Source: Marinicella sp. (GTDB taxonomy: Bacteria > Pseudomonadota > Gammaproteobacteria > Xanthomonadales > Marinicellaceae). Taken from it: DNA of 64,000 nt. Positions 18,876-29,716 of this stretch are shown piece after piece; position 1 is the stretch's first letter; each line of letters begins with the position of its first letter. Where the stretch lies: the NCBI GenBank assembly GCA_965230295.1, contig OZ246001.1, positions 1,984,001 through 2,048,000 on the forward strand, read 5' to 3'. Below the pieces are notes generated by a model, which was not told the DNA's origin, made no database searches, and saw only the letters and a program-made list of their open reading frames with translations. A program made the position numbers and the translations under genes.

Positions 18876-19397
18876 ATGATGCCAGAAACTGAACTCAGAT
18901 CAGCCACAGCTTCAGACTTTAATGACATCCTGGAATTGAATGCCGCAGAAGTGAAATGGACCAGTCCGTTAGAACGACGTCGTTTGGCACAACTACATGC
19001 TTGGTCAACCCACCATAAGTTGATTACAGTCGATGACCGGGTTGCTGCCTTTCTATTGGTGATGCCTGATAACACAAGCTATGACAGTCTCAATTACCTG
19101 TGGTTTAAGCAAAATTATGCAGGTTTTATGTATGTCGACCGCATCGTGGTGAATGCTGACTTTGCGGGTCAAAAATTGGGCAGTTTGCTTTATCAGGACT
19201 TGTTTTCAACAGCCAAAAATAAAGGCATCAAATTGATTACATGTGAATACAACCTTCAACCCATGAATAAGCCATCAGAATTATTTCACCAACGTTTTGG
19301 TTTTCAGCAAGTGGATACCCAGTGGTTGGAAAATAATGCCAAACAGGTCAGTTTACAAGTGGCGGATGTGGAAGCTTACATACAGAGGAAATCATGA
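18876..19397 (+). CDS. GNAT family acetyltransferase
   Basis: YDSLNYLWF, YVDRIVV....GQKLG and FH..FGF motifs. Confidence 0.85.
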   Translation: MMPETELRSATASDFNDILELNAAEVKWTSPLERRRLAQLHAWSTHHKLITVDDRVAAFLLVMPDNTSYDSLNYLWFKQNYAGFMYVDRIVVNADFAGQKLGSLLYQDLFSTAKNKGIKLITCEYNLQPMNKPSELFHQRFGFQQVDTQWLENNAKQVSLQVADVEAYIQRKS

Positions 19398-19798
19398 TAA
19401 ATAAACTGTTTGTGACCTTTTTATTTGTGGTTGGCGTGATCAATTTCTTACCGGTCATTGGTGTATTTTCAGCCAATCAATTGGCTGCTGCATATGGTGT
19501 TGATTTGAACAGTCATGAATTGATCATATTAATGCGTCACCGTGCTTTGTTATTTGGTTTATTGGGCGGGTTGGTCTTTTGGTCTTTGTTTAACAGGCCA
19601 TTGCGATTACCAGCCATGATTTTTTCAGGCATTTCTATGGTGGGATTTCTGGTTTTGGCCTGGCCCATGGCTGAGTTGAATGAACCAGTCTTTAGGGTGT
19701 TCTTGGTTGATGTGGTGGGGATCATCTGTTTGGCCATTGCCGTGCTATTAAAATGGCTGGCAAATAATGATACTGAACGGAGTTCGGGTGAACTTTGA
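19394..19798 (+). CDS. Four-TM membrane protein
   Basis: ILMRHRALLFG motif; overlaps both neighbours. Confidence 0.75.
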   Translation: MINKLFVTFLFVVGVINFLPVIGVFSANQLAAAYGVDLNSHELIILMRHRALLFGLLGGLVFWSLFNRPLRLPAMIFSGISMVGFLVLAWPMAELNEPVFRVFLVDVVGIICLAIAVLLKWLANNDTERSSGEL

Positions 19799-20336
19799 AG
19801 GTTTTGAAGTCTTAACCAACCGTTTACTGCTCAGGCCTGTTTGTGAGACTGATCTCGACGACTTGTATGGCATCTATACTGACATTGACGTCATGCAGTA
19901 TTGGAGTGAGCCACCTTTAAAAAGCTTGCAGCAAATGGCCGATAAAGTTAAAAAAGTTCAGGCCGCTCAATCCCAGGGTAGCGCATTGATGGTGGCTGTC
20001 GTTTTACTCAAAACCAAGCAAACCATAGGGCACATCAGTTTGTTCAACATCCATGAAGTTTCGGGCAGGGCAGAAGTGGGGTATCTGTTGCACAAAGACC
20101 ATTGGCAAAAAGGTTTCATGAGTGAAGCCTTAAAAAGCTTTATTGTGGTTTGTTTTAACTCTTTGGGATTGCGACGTCTGGAAGCGGATATTGACCCTGC
20201 AAACGCTGCATCAACTGCATTGATCCGCCGCATGGGGTTTGTTCAAGAAGGGTTGTTCAAATCAAGGTGGGTGGTGGCTGGCCAAATCACTGACAGTGCC
20301 ATGTATGGTTTACTTAAAGATGATTTTAAGCCCTGA
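19788..20336 (+). CDS. RimJ/RimL-type GNAT acetyltransferase
   Basis: TNRLLLRP, AEVGY.L....WQKG and DP.N.AS...RMGF..EG motifs; probable GTG start after GGAG. Confidence 0.88.
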   Translation: MNFEGFEVLTNRLLLRPVCETDLDDLYGIYTDIDVMQYWSEPPLKSLQQMADKVKKVQAAQSQGSALMVAVVLLKTKQTIGHISLFNIHEVSGRAEVGYLLHKDHWQKGFMSEALKSFIVVCFNSLGLRRLEADIDPANAASTALIRRMGFVQEGLFKSRWVVAGQITDSAMYGLLKDDFKP

Positions 20337-20342
20337 AACAAC

Positions 20343-21680
20343 ATGAAGGATTTAACCCAAGGGCCAATCCCCAAGCACATCATGGTGATGGCCATTCCGA
20401 TAGGCATCAGCATGTTGATCCAAACCCTTTACTATCTGGTGGATTTGTATTTTGTCGGTCAATTAGGCAAGGCATCTTTGGCGGGTGTCAGTGCAGCTGG
20501 CAATGTGTCATTTTTGATTTTGGCCCTGACCCAAATTTTGGGTGTGGGAACCCAAACGCTGATAGCACATGCGGTGGGTAGGAAAGACCAAGAAGATGCC
20601 AATTTGGTGTTCAACCAATCTTTGGCCTTGTCGGTTTTATTGGGGCTCATCACTTTGGCAGCTGGCTATGGCTTAAGCCACTGGTATCTTCATGTCATTT
20701 CTGAGGATTCACACACCATCAGTGAAGGCCTCACCTACTTGTATTGGTACATACCTGGCATGGCCGGCCAGTTTGCTTTGATTGCCATGGGATCAGCACT
20801 GCGGGGTACAGGTATCGTGATGCCAACCATGGTCATCCAATTCATCACCATTGTCTTGAACATGGTTCTTTCACCCATCTTAATTACCGGTTGGGCCACA
20901 GGTCAGCCCATGGGAGTGGCCGGTGCTGGTTTGGCTACGACCATTTCAGTGTGGGTGGCGGTGGTGATGTTGTGGTGGTATTTCGCCCGCATGGAAAAGT
21001 ATGTCAGTTATGCCGCTTCATTGGTGAAACCCAGATTGAGTACCTGGCAACGCATGTTGGGTATCGGGTTACCTGCTGGTGGTGAATTCATGTTGATGTT
21101 TATTTATATGGCTGTGATTTATTACGCCATCAGTGCTTTGGGTGCCTCTGCGCAAGCCGGCTTCGGTCTGGGGTCAAGAATCATGCAATCCATGTTCTTA
21201 CCGGCCATGGCGGTGGCTTTTGCGGCACCTGCAGTGGCCGGGCAAAACTTTGGAGCTCAATTATATGACCGGGTTAAGTCGACTTACCATTGGGCGGCAG
21301 GAATGAGCTTGGTCATCATGTTGGTGTTGACCTGGGTGGCTTTTTTCCATCCCATGGTTTTGGTGCGCAGCTTTTCTGAGGATGCTGAAACATTACAAGT
21401 GGCCAGCACCTTCCTGCATATGATTTGTTTTAACTTTGTGGCCTCCGGAATTATTTTTACCTGTTCAGGCATGTTTCAAGCTCTGGGGAAAACCTGGCCT
21501 GCTTTGTGGAGTACCGCTTCCAGATTGATCACCTTTGCCATTCCTGCCATTTGGTTATCACAACAAGCAGGTTTTCAGATTGAACAACTGTGGGTGGTTT
21601 CAGTCATCGCCGTTTTTATTCAGCTGTTCATCAGTTTGTGGTTGCTGAACAAGCAGTTTAAACACAGTTTTTCGGCTTAA
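20343..21680 (+). CDS. MATE family efflux transporter
   Basis: MKDLTQG N-terminus, 12 TM, GVAGAGLAT and GQNFGA motifs. Confidence 0.92.
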   Translation: MKDLTQGPIPKHIMVMAIPIGISMLIQTLYYLVDLYFVGQLGKASLAGVSAAGNVSFLILALTQILGVGTQTLIAHAVGRKDQEDANLVFNQSLALSVLLGLITLAAGYGLSHWYLHVISEDSHTISEGLTYLYWYIPGMAGQFALIAMGSALRGTGIVMPTMVIQFITIVLNMVLSPILITGWATGQPMGVAGAGLATTISVWVAVVMLWWYFARMEKYVSYAASLVKPRLSTWQRMLGIGLPAGGEFMLMFIYMAVIYYAISALGASAQAGFGLGSRIMQSMFLPAMAVAFAAPAVAGQNFGAQLYDRVKSTYHWAAGMSLVIMLVLTWVAFFHPMVLVRSFSEDAETLQVASTFLHMICFNFVASGIIFTCSGMFQALGKTWPALWSTASRLITFAIPAIWLSQQAGFQIEQLWVVSVIAVFIQLFISLWLLNKQFKHSFSA

Positions 21681-21716
21681 TACCAACATGTCAGAATAAT
21701 CAAAGGGGGAAATCAC

Positions 21717-22451
21717 ATGTCAATTGAGCCGAGCCATTCAGCATCAAGCAAAACCAACAAAGGCTTCTTTTACTGGGGCCTGATCATGTTGGTGGTGGCC
21801 CTGATTGGGTTTTGGCCCAGCTACTTCAGGCCATTATTCCAGCATACTTTCAACAGCCCGGTCAGCCTCACACATTGGCATGCCGCATTCACTTTTTTGT
21901 GGTTGCTGTTACTGGTGGTTCAACCTTTATTGGTGACCTTGCGGAAAATTAAGTGGCATCGAATGCTGGGTGGGTTGGGCCTGTTGACTGCCATTGGGGT
22001 GATTTATACCGGTTTTATGTTGCAGGTTCAGTTTATGCAACATTATTTCAATTTGCACGAATTGATTCATGCCGTCCAAGTGCCTTTTTTCAGGTTGATG
22101 ACACTGTTGGTTTTTACCGTCTGTATTGTTTTGGCCATGGCGATCAAAGACCGCAGCTGGCACAAAAGACTGTTGTTTTTGGGCACTTTTGCCATTTTAG
22201 AGGCGGCTTTTGCCCGGTTCTTTTTAAACTACTTTGGGATGCTTGAATTGTCTGGATTATTGGGCGCGGTTACCCACGTCGGTATCATGGTGTATTTTGT
22301 GATGTGGGATCGATTGCGTTTGGGGCGCTTTCATCCCGTCACCTTGTGGGGTGCGATTCTGATCACCCTGGTAACTTTTGGTACCGCACCGATTGCTGAC
22401 AGTGGCTGGTGGCTGGAGATAACACGAATCTTGGCAGATATGGCAAACTAA
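21717..22451 (+). CDS. Hypothetical seven-TM membrane protein
   Basis: H....W..L...Q..L......WHR.LG and WHKRL motifs. Confidence 0.75.
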   Translation: MSIEPSHSASSKTNKGFFYWGLIMLVVALIGFWPSYFRPLFQHTFNSPVSLTHWHAAFTFLWLLLLVVQPLLVTLRKIKWHRMLGGLGLLTAIGVIYTGFMLQVQFMQHYFNLHELIHAVQVPFFRLMTLLVFTVCIVLAMAIKDRSWHKRLLFLGTFAILEAAFARFFLNYFGMLELSGLLGAVTHVGIMVYFVMWDRLRLGRFHPVTLWGAILITLVTFGTAPIADSGWWLEITRILADMAN

Positions 22452-22551
22452 CTGATAACCCATTTTGGAAGGATTAAACCTAACTTTGTGCACATCAATT
22501 CGCATTCCATTTGCTTTATGATATTTATTCCTATTGCAGTAAACGCCTCAT

Positions 22552-23871
22552 ATGAATAAAAAATTAAACCGCAGAAAGTTCCTTGGTAAGTCTATTAAAG
22601 TGGGCGGAGCAGTGACGTTGTCTGCCACTTTGCTGCAATTGTCAGCCTGCTCTTCAGATGCCAAAGCGAGGCCATTACCTAATTTGGTTACTGACCTTCA
22701 AGGCATCTGTGATTTACCCAAAGGATTCACTTATCAAGTCATTTCTGCTTATGATGAAACCATGAGTGACGGTCATAAAGTCCCTGATTATCATGATGGC
22801 ATGGGTTGTTTTGCAGGACCCAAAGATGAAATCATTTTGGTCAGGAACCATGAAATCGCGGGGTATTTATTCAGAGATCCAGAATCACCAGAGCCAGATT
22901 TTGCCTATGACCCCAAAGCCTCTGGTGGTACTGTCACCATTCGGCTTGATCAGGACTTGAATGTGCTGGAACATTATTTAAGTCTGACTGGCACCATTGT
23001 TAACTGTTGTGGTGGTAAAACTCCATGGGGTACCTGGATCAGTTCTGAAGAAGCCAGCCCTACTACCTTCGGTGACACCTGGTTTATGGGTGAGCGTCAT
23101 GGCTATAATTTTGAAGTAGACCCACTTAAACCGTTACAAAAAGCCCAGCCATTGAAAGCCATGGGTCGATTTAAGCACGAAGCGGTGGCTTTTGATCCAG
23201 TCAGCGGTAAGGTCTATCAAACTGAAGATCAGATGAATGGTTGTTTTTATCAGTTCATACCCAAACACAAAACAGACATGTCACAAGGTGGTGTTTTACA
23301 AGCATTGAGATTTAAAGACAAAAACATCGTTCACAGCAGCCAAGATCAATTGGAGCTGAATAAAAAATACCCCTGTGAGTGGGTGACCATTGATGAACCT
23401 GATCCAGAAGAAGACACAGTCAGAAAGCAAGCCCAAGTCAAAGGTGCAGCGGTGTTTGTTCGTGGCGAAGGGGTGGTGGCTGATGCCGATGGCATCTATT
23501 TTGCTTGTACTTCAGGTGGTGCCGACGGGGTGGGACAAATTTTTAAGTACACACCCAATCCAGTCAACAATGAAGGTGTAATAGTATTGGTTTATGAGGC
23601 CAAAGAAGGTGGTTTGATTGAAAAGCCAGACAACATCACAGTCAATGCCTGGGGTGATTTAATCATCTGTGAAGACAACTCGCTGGATAAAAAATGCCTG
23701 CTTGGCCTGACGGCGACTGGACACATTTATCACATTGCGGCCAATAGCCAGGCAGAATGGGCTGGCGCTTGTTTTTCACCCGATGGCCAAACATTATTTG
23801 CCAACATCCACAAAGACCCAGGTATGACCATTGCCATTCGAGGCCCTTGGGAGACATTACGTCAAGTTTGA
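22552..23871 (+). CDS. phoX: PhoX-type alkaline phosphatase (DUF839), Tat lipoprotein
   Basis: RRKFL Tat motif, LSAC lipobox, RNHE, NC.GG.TPWGTW.S.EE, GRF.HEA, RGEG, PDN and CED motifs. Confidence 0.85.
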   Translation: MNKKLNRRKFLGKSIKVGGAVTLSATLLQLSACSSDAKARPLPNLVTDLQGICDLPKGFTYQVISAYDETMSDGHKVPDYHDGMGCFAGPKDEIILVRNHEIAGYLFRDPESPEPDFAYDPKASGGTVTIRLDQDLNVLEHYLSLTGTIVNCCGGKTPWGTWISSEEASPTTFGDTWFMGERHGYNFEVDPLKPLQKAQPLKAMGRFKHEAVAFDPVSGKVYQTEDQMNGCFYQFIPKHKTDMSQGGVLQALRFKDKNIVHSSQDQLELNKKYPCEWVTIDEPDPEEDTVRKQAQVKGAAVFVRGEGVVADADGIYFACTSGGADGVGQIFKYTPNPVNNEGVIVLVYEAKEGGLIEKPDNITVNAWGDLIICEDNSLDKKCLLGLTATGHIYHIAANSQAEWAGACFSPDGQTLFANIHKDPGMTIAIRGPWETLRQV

Positions 23872-23929
23872 TGTTTGACACACATGTATTCTTGCAGTTT
23901 AATAAATGGGTTAATAGTTGGAGATGGTT

Positions 23930-24292
23930 ATGACTGTGGCAGCCAATGTGGTGATCGGTTTGGTGGCATTTTTACATGTGTATTTCATGTTGCTTGAAAT
24001 GTTCTATTGGAACAAACCATTGGGGCTCAAAGCCTTTGGTTTGACCCAAGAGCAAGCGGATCAAAGCAAAACCCTGGCAGCCAATCAAGGCCTGTACAAT
24101 GGCTTTCTGGCCGCTGGCCTGATTTGGGGCTTAGCCTTGGGCGCCGCTGGTTTTCACATCAAAGCCTTTTTCTTGATCTGTGTGCTGATCGCTGGCCTGT
24201 TTGGTGCGGCCACTGCCAATAAAAAGATATTGTTTGTTCAGGCATTACCGGCTGCTGTGGGTTTGGCCTTGTTGTTTTTATCCATCAACTGA
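23930..24292 (+). CDS. DUF1304 membrane protein
   Basis: LH.YF..LEM and LAANQGLYNGFLAAG motifs. Confidence 0.88.
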   Translation: MTVAANVVIGLVAFLHVYFMLLEMFYWNKPLGLKAFGLTQEQADQSKTLAANQGLYNGFLAAGLIWGLALGAAGFHIKAFFLICVLIAGLFGAATANKKILFVQALPAAVGLALLFLSIN

Positions 24293-24301
24293 AATTGAAA
24301 T

Positions 24302-25618
24302 GTGAATAAAGTTGTTTTTTTCATCCTTTGGGTTGTTGGACTTGCTGCAACCATATTTGGAGTTGTCATACTGATCAACACAGCCACTTTTGATGAAGAT
24401 CTGGTTCCTGAAATAGTAACCATCAAAAACATTCAGGCCAAGCCCTTTTCTGATGAAGATGCATTGCCAGCTTTGTATGCCATTCATGGTTCTCTGGATC
24501 AAGACTTTCAAGCACTTACAGAAAAATTCAGGCATGCATTGAATCAAGAAATCAAGCAAACTGGTTTAGATTTTTTGTCATTTGATGTATTCGAAACTTT
24601 GGCAGAAATCGACCAATACTTACCATGGCCTGAGGGATATCCTGATTGCCGCATCAGAAATGACTCCCAATGCATGTCGAAATTGTTCAATGCATTGAAA
24701 CAAAAACCTTTGACGGATGCTACTTATCTGGCATTGTTGTCACGATACCAGGCACTTACCCAAAAGACAGTATTCAGTGACCAAACCCAGTTGAATTTTG
24801 ATTCGCCTTTTACTCCTTTTTCATTACCTATCAGACTGCAAAAACTTTATTTGGCAACTGAATACATTGAGCAAGATCCTGATTTATTTTTTATCACAGC
24901 ACTTAAAGATTTTAATTTTTGGCGTATGGTGTTGAAAGAAAGTCATTTATTGATTACCAAAATGGTTGCAGTGACTGCAATGCGTCATGACATTGCGATC
25001 ATATCTGAAGGGGTAAAGCAAGGTCGACTCAACGCAGCCCTTTTGCTGAAAGACAAACATCAAATGTTGCCTTTAAACCAAGATGAAATGAATATGGAAC
25101 GCACATTTGAGTATGAGTTTAAGTACTCAATGGATTTGGTGTATGCAATAGAAGATGAACCTGAATATGCAGTAGGGTTCTTTGATTTTTTTCAGCCGAA
25201 GGCCACATTAAATCTCAATTATGATGTGATGACACGTCCTGCCAAAAAGCTGGCCGCATTCGACTCTTTGGAATTATTTAATTACATCAAGCAGGCTAAG
25301 TCTGGAGTCGTGGATGATCAGTTGTCACTTTGGCAACCCAGAAACTGGTATAACTTTGTCGGTAAATCGTTGATCAAGGTCGCGGCTCCGAACTATTTTG
25401 ATTATTTTGGCCGTGTACATGATACCAATGGCATGATCCATTTGCTGAACTTACAAATGGAATTAGCAAAGCACCCGGAATTACCTGCTGAGCAGGTCAT
25501 TTTTCAATCCAAGTGGGTCAATCCATATACCATGAATCCGATGTCATATGATGCCTTGAAGCAGCGCATATATTTTGAATGCCTCGATGAGAGTTCAGTT
25601 TGTGAGTTGTATTTATAA
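24302..25618 (+). CDS. Hypothetical membrane-anchored protein
   Basis: 438-aa ORF with an N-terminal TM anchor. Confidence 0.75.
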   Translation: MNKVVFFILWVVGLAATIFGVVILINTATFDEDLVPEIVTIKNIQAKPFSDEDALPALYAIHGSLDQDFQALTEKFRHALNQEIKQTGLDFLSFDVFETLAEIDQYLPWPEGYPDCRIRNDSQCMSKLFNALKQKPLTDATYLALLSRYQALTQKTVFSDQTQLNFDSPFTPFSLPIRLQKLYLATEYIEQDPDLFFITALKDFNFWRMVLKESHLLITKMVAVTAMRHDIAIISEGVKQGRLNAALLLKDKHQMLPLNQDEMNMERTFEYEFKYSMDLVYAIEDEPEYAVGFFDFFQPKATLNLNYDVMTRPAKKLAAFDSLELFNYIKQAKSGVVDDQLSLWQPRNWYNFVGKSLIKVAAPNYFDYFGRVHDTNGMIHLLNLQMELAKHPELPAEQVIFQSKWVNPYTMNPMSYDALKQRIYFECLDESSVCELYL

Positions 25619-26749
25619 TCATTTACCCTTGCTTTTTTTACCATTGAGTAACCAGCCAATCGGTGACCACCTGACCAGACCGGCATAGCTGATCAAGCCA
25701 ATGCCAAAGGTGATCACGGTCGAAAGGAAAAATTCCAGCCACATCTTCCATTGTAGATCTAAAAACGCATACTGCACCACAAACAACACCGGGATGTGGG
25801 TGATGTAAATCCAATAGGATGAATCGGCGATGTAGCGGATGGTTTTGTTGTGCTGATTGAGCCAGCGGTGGCCGGCGATCAAGCATGCCAGGGTCATGTA
25901 CCAGGCAGTGATGCTTTCGGAAATGGCCATCAATAAGGTGCCTTCCATCGCTGGAACCCGGTACAGGAAATAACCGTAGCTGCCCATGCCGATCAACAAC
26001 AGCCAAGGTAAATAAGGGTATAGCTGTTTGATCAAGTTTTGGTGTTTGAATAACAAGGCGCCGATCACAAAGAACAGACCATACAAGCCAAAAGGCCACA
26101 ACAGCGGTTTCAAAGTTTCAGGAGCCGGGTGGGGCGCATTGATGCTGTAAAACACCGGAATCAATAACAAGGGCATCACAAAAACCATCACCCAAGGCCG
26201 CATCAGTTGTGCCAACCATTGACTTTGCATCACCCGCAATAAGCGCAGGCCGAGTAACACCAAGTAAAAGAAGCACAGGTAATACAAGAACCACAGGTGC
26301 GAGGTGTTGATTGGCATGTTGTCCGTCGCACCTGATTGGGCACTGTTGATCATGAAATACAAGGCTGGTGAAGGTTTTTCTACATGCACGGCAGCCCATT
26401 CAATGCCAGCCACAATGGCCCACAGCACCAAGGGTAGAAAGATGACAAAGGGCAGCAGCACTCGCAGACCGCGGTTATAGAGAAACCTCAGCAGACCGCG
26501 TTTTTCAATCAGGTAAGTGGCAAAGAATCCAGCGATCAAGAAAAACAGTGGCATCCGAAACAAATGACTGAACCAGGCAAACACGTCTATTGCAGGTGAT
26601 TGTTGGTCGGCCGTTGGCCAGAAAAAGTGCAGCATGGGACTGTAAGCCAAACTGGCATGGAACACCACACCGGTCAGCATCGCCAGAGCGCGCAAGTTGT
26701 CCATATAATGGTAACGAACACCTGGTTTTATGGTGGCTTCAGTATTCAT
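25619..26749 (-). CDS. Acyltransferase-3 family membrane protein (OpgC/MdoC-like)
   Basis: RYHYMDNLRA, FRMPLFF.IAGFF, HLWFLYYL and SYWIY.TH motifs. Confidence 0.88.
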   Translation of the reverse strand: MNTEATIKPGVRYHYMDNLRALAMLTGVVFHASLAYSPMLHFFWPTADQQSPAIDVFAWFSHLFRMPLFFLIAGFFATYLIEKRGLLRFLYNRGLRVLLPFVIFLPLVLWAIVAGIEWAAVHVEKPSPALYFMINSAQSGATDNMPINTSHLWFLYYLCFFYLVLLGLRLLRVMQSQWLAQLMRPWVMVFVMPLLLIPVFYSINAPHPAPETLKPLLWPFGLYGLFFVIGALLFKHQNLIKQLYPYLPWLLLIGMGSYGYFLYRVPAMEGTLLMAISESITAWYMTLACLIAGHRWLNQHNKTIRYIADSSYWIYITHIPVLFVVQYAFLDLQWKMWLEFFLSTVITFGIGLISYAGLVRWSPIGWLLNGKKSKGK

Positions 26750-27453
26750 AGGAAATCCTTTTTACGGCCCTGGATGTAATAGGTCAGCAACAAGACAACT
26801 GCGATGAATATGAATTCAGCCGCGATGATGGTCATGGCGGTACCATTCCACACGGCAGATGTACTGTCCATGTGGACTTTGATGTCATTGACACTGGAGA
26901 GCCAAAACATGAACAGCGAAAGTCCAATGTTGGTCAAGGCCATGATCACAATGGTCCAGGTTTGCGATTCACTGATCAAACCCACAGCCAACAACAGGAA
27001 GAACACACACAACATTTCTAACATCAGAATGGTGGCATACACTGCCAGTCCATCAGGGATCTGCGGTTGACTGTAGATCACCGCCAACAGGCCGCCCACC
27101 ATGATCAACCAAAAGATCATGAATGCGGTTACATTGGCACAAACCTTGGCGTGGGTGTATTGCAGAAAGGTGATGGGCAAGCTCATGACGAAGGCCAGGG
27201 TCTGATCATTGCGGTCGTTGATGACGGTGTTGAAAATCAATTGTGCCATGGCGACTATGATCATAGACAACAGAATCACAGAGCCGGCGTAAAAGGGGCC
27301 TTTGGCTTCGAAAGTCAATAACCACAGGCTGATCAAACCCATGACCAAATACAGCACCAATGGACCGATGTTCAATTGAATGTCCTTGACGATCAAAGCT
27401 TGAATGATGCCTGGTTTTTTTGTGAAAACTGGATTTTCATTGAAAGTGTTCAT
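26746..27453 (-). CDS. ABC-2 type transporter permease
   Basis: Six TM, SLPIT....AK motif; coupled to the ATPase gene. Confidence 0.82.
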   Translation of the reverse strand: MNTFNENPVFTKKPGIIQALIVKDIQLNIGPLVLYLVMGLISLWLLTFEAKGPFYAGSVILLSMIIVAMAQLIFNTVINDRNDQTLAFVMSLPITFLQYTHAKVCANVTAFMIFWLIMVGGLLAVIYSQPQIPDGLAVYATILMLEMLCVFFLLLAVGLISESQTWTIVIMALTNIGLSLFMFWLSSVNDIKVHMDSTSAVWNGTAMTIIAAEFIFIAVVLLLTYYIQGRKKDFL

Positions 27454-28367
27454 GCCGCGACTCCGGTTTTGATCTGGTTTCTTTTGGCTTCAACTTCAGC
27501 CACAAAAATTTCTTCCAGGCTCATGTAGTTCACTTGTTGAACGGTGGCACCTTGAGATTCAAGCTGGCCCAGAATCGATTCTTCAAAATCCTTGATGACC
27601 AGATTGGCCGTGTGGCCGCGCTGGATGATCTCCTTGATTTGGTCATTGACTTGGATACGGTGTGCATCATCTACCCGCAGCCGCACCCGGCGCCAATTTT
27701 CGATGTATGATTCTTTGTCATTGCTGCTGACCAATTGGCCGCGATCGATGAAGGTGATTTGGTCTGATAACTGTTCTACATCCTGGGTGTTGTGTGAAGA
27801 AAATAAGACGCTGCGATTTTCATCGTTCAACACCGCCATCATTTCATTCAGCACCTCTTTGCGTGCCACGGGATCCAATCCAGTGGTGGGTTCATCCAGG
27901 ATCAACAACCGTGGGTGCCTGGCCAGCATCAGCAACAAACTGGCTTTGACCCGTTGTCCATGAGACATGCCTTTGATTTTTTGGGCTGGAATTAAATCAA
28001 AATTTTGAATCAGCTTTTCGGCATATTGGTGATCCCATTGGTCAGGAAATATGTGTGCGATGAAATTCATGTGCCAATCCAGTGTGGCATTTTTATACAG
28101 TCGCATGTCTTCAGAAGCATAACCAATGAAGTTCTTTGCCAACACTTGTGCCTCAGGTATCCGGTGGCCAAACACCTCGACTTGCCCCTGATCTGCACCT
28201 ACCAAGCCCATCAGAATGCGTATGATGGTGGATTTACCGGCACCGTTTGGGCCAATCAAACCCATGATGCCACCCGTCGGCAGTTCAAGGCTTATGTCTT
28301 GCAGCTTGAAATGTTCATAACGGCGACTCACGCCTTGCATCCGGAATGCTGATTCACTCATGTTCAT
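27450..28367 (-). CDS. ABC transporter ATP-binding protein
   Basis: GPNGAGKS, MSHGQ, ILDEPTTGLD and SSH motifs. Confidence 0.93.
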   Translation of the reverse strand: MNMSESAFRMQGVSRRYEHFKLQDISLELPTGGIMGLIGPNGAGKSTIIRILMGLVGADQGQVEVFGHRIPEAQVLAKNFIGYASEDMRLYKNATLDWHMNFIAHIFPDQWDHQYAEKLIQNFDLIPAQKIKGMSHGQRVKASLLLMLARHPRLLILDEPTTGLDPVARKEVLNEMMAVLNDENRSVLFSSHNTQDVEQLSDQITFIDRGQLVSSNDKESYIENWRRVRLRVDDAHRIQVNDQIKEIIQRGHTANLVIKDFEESILGQLESQGATVQQVNYMSLEEIFVAEVEAKRNQIKTGVAA

Positions 28368-28743
28368 CTCCTGAGTCAGCCAGCTCTTTGAGTCTGGCCA
28401 TCAATTCTTCTGTGCTGATACCAAATGACTTGGCATGTTCTAAAGCACTGGTCAAGTGTTTATCTATTTCTGTTTGCATGATTTGATCTCCTAAATCATC
28501 GTTCTGTGCCACAAAAGACCCGACGCCCGCTTGGGTCATCAACACACCTTCATGTTCAAGTTCCTGATAAGCCCGTTTGACAGTGATGACGCTGACTTGG
28601 GTGGCTACGGCCAATTCACGGATGGACGGTACTTTGGCACCTGGGTGCCAATCACCAACAGCAATCAGTTGTTTGATTTGTTCCATGATTTGTAAATACA
28701 TGGGCCGGCCATCGGTTTGTGATAAGACTAAATATGGGTCCAT
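28354..28743 (-). CDS. GntR family regulator (YtrA subfamily)
   Basis: PMYLQI, PSIRELA and TVKRAY.ELE motifs; short C-domain; heads an ABC operon. Confidence 0.9.
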   Translation of the reverse strand: MDPYLVLSQTDGRPMYLQIMEQIKQLIAVGDWHPGAKVPSIRELAVATQVSVITVKRAYQELEHEGVLMTQAGVGSFVAQNDDLGDQIMQTEIDKHLTSALEHAKSFGISTEELMARLKELADSGDEHE

Positions 28744-28754
28744 TGTTCACTTTC

Positions 28755-28785
28755 TGTATATATTATATATGCACAGTATATACAC
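28755..28785. promoter_or_regulatory. Putative YtrA-type operator
   Basis: Imperfect palindromes TGTATATATTATATATGCA and GTATATAC immediately upstream of the gntR start. Confidence 0.6.
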
Positions 28786-28936
28786 GACATGCACGGAGTC
28801 AAGTTTTTTCGGACAATTGATTCGTAAATCTACTTATTTTTCAACTTTTAGATTAATTGCTCTAATGGGTTCAGCCAACATCGAAACTGAACTGTACAAG
28901 CTGTTTGTTAAGCATCAGGAAGCGAGGATTAAGAGT

Positions 28937-29221
28937 ATGCAAAAAGCGTTAACATTAATGATTATGGTGGTTTTAGGTGGTCAAATCAGGGCTCAAGACA
29001 TCACAGAAAGTGACTTGTTTGGCATGAACCAAACCCATCAATTTGAAACGATTGATCAAATGGCGGCCTATATCAAGGACCAAAAACCAACCACTTACCG
29101 ATATTATCTAAGACTGAATGCCCCAGCCAGAAAACGAGTTTGGCAACAACTCCAAGCCGACCAAAATTCAGACATCACCGAAATGGTTTTGGAAGAATAC
29201 CGGCACCGACCCAGGGGGTGA
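28937..29221 (+). CDS. Small secreted hypothetical protein
   Basis: ATG downstream of GAGG, signal-peptide-like N-terminus, 94 aa. Confidence 0.65.
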   Translation: MQKALTLMIMVVLGGQIRAQDITESDLFGMNQTHQFETIDQMAAYIKDQKPTTYRYYLRLNAPARKRVWQQLQADQNSDITEMVLEEYRHRPRG

Positions 29222-29345
29222 TAACGACAGGTCTCACTGAATCAAACGGAGAACTGTCGGACAGTTCGACCAGCGCAGGTAATGAAAGCATGATGGTTTA
29301 CCTGAAAGGTAATAAGCCTTGCTTGAATACCGTAGCGCGTGCACT

Positions 29346-29716
29346 CGGTTAGGCAGATCATGTAAGAATGGCGATTTGACAAAGTCAAGAAGCCTTGATG
29401 GAATGATCGATAAGCCGTGAAGCTAAAGCTAAGCTGGTCGCTTCCGCATCGATCCCCAGGACGGGGTGAATGCAGAGAATTGTTGGGAACAATTCCTGCC
29501 TGCTCTCGCGACAGACCTACATCCTTGTAGGCCAGTCAGAGAGTGTAAGCCCGAGGTACTATGCTATGGCCGCTGCGGCCGCTTTCACTTTTGTAGGAAC
29601 AGACATGCAGTGCGAAGCAACTGCTCAGACAATAGTCTGTAAAGGTCGGTTTATTTGCGCAGCAAATATGAAGACCTGTCAGACCATGAACCAGAATGAA
29701 GTCCCAAGGACATTCC
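29346..29716 (-). mobile_element. Modular element, copy C (diverged, reverse orientation)
   Basis: Reverse complement of the A/B core with nested modules; the end near 29346 is unclear. Confidence 0.82.
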
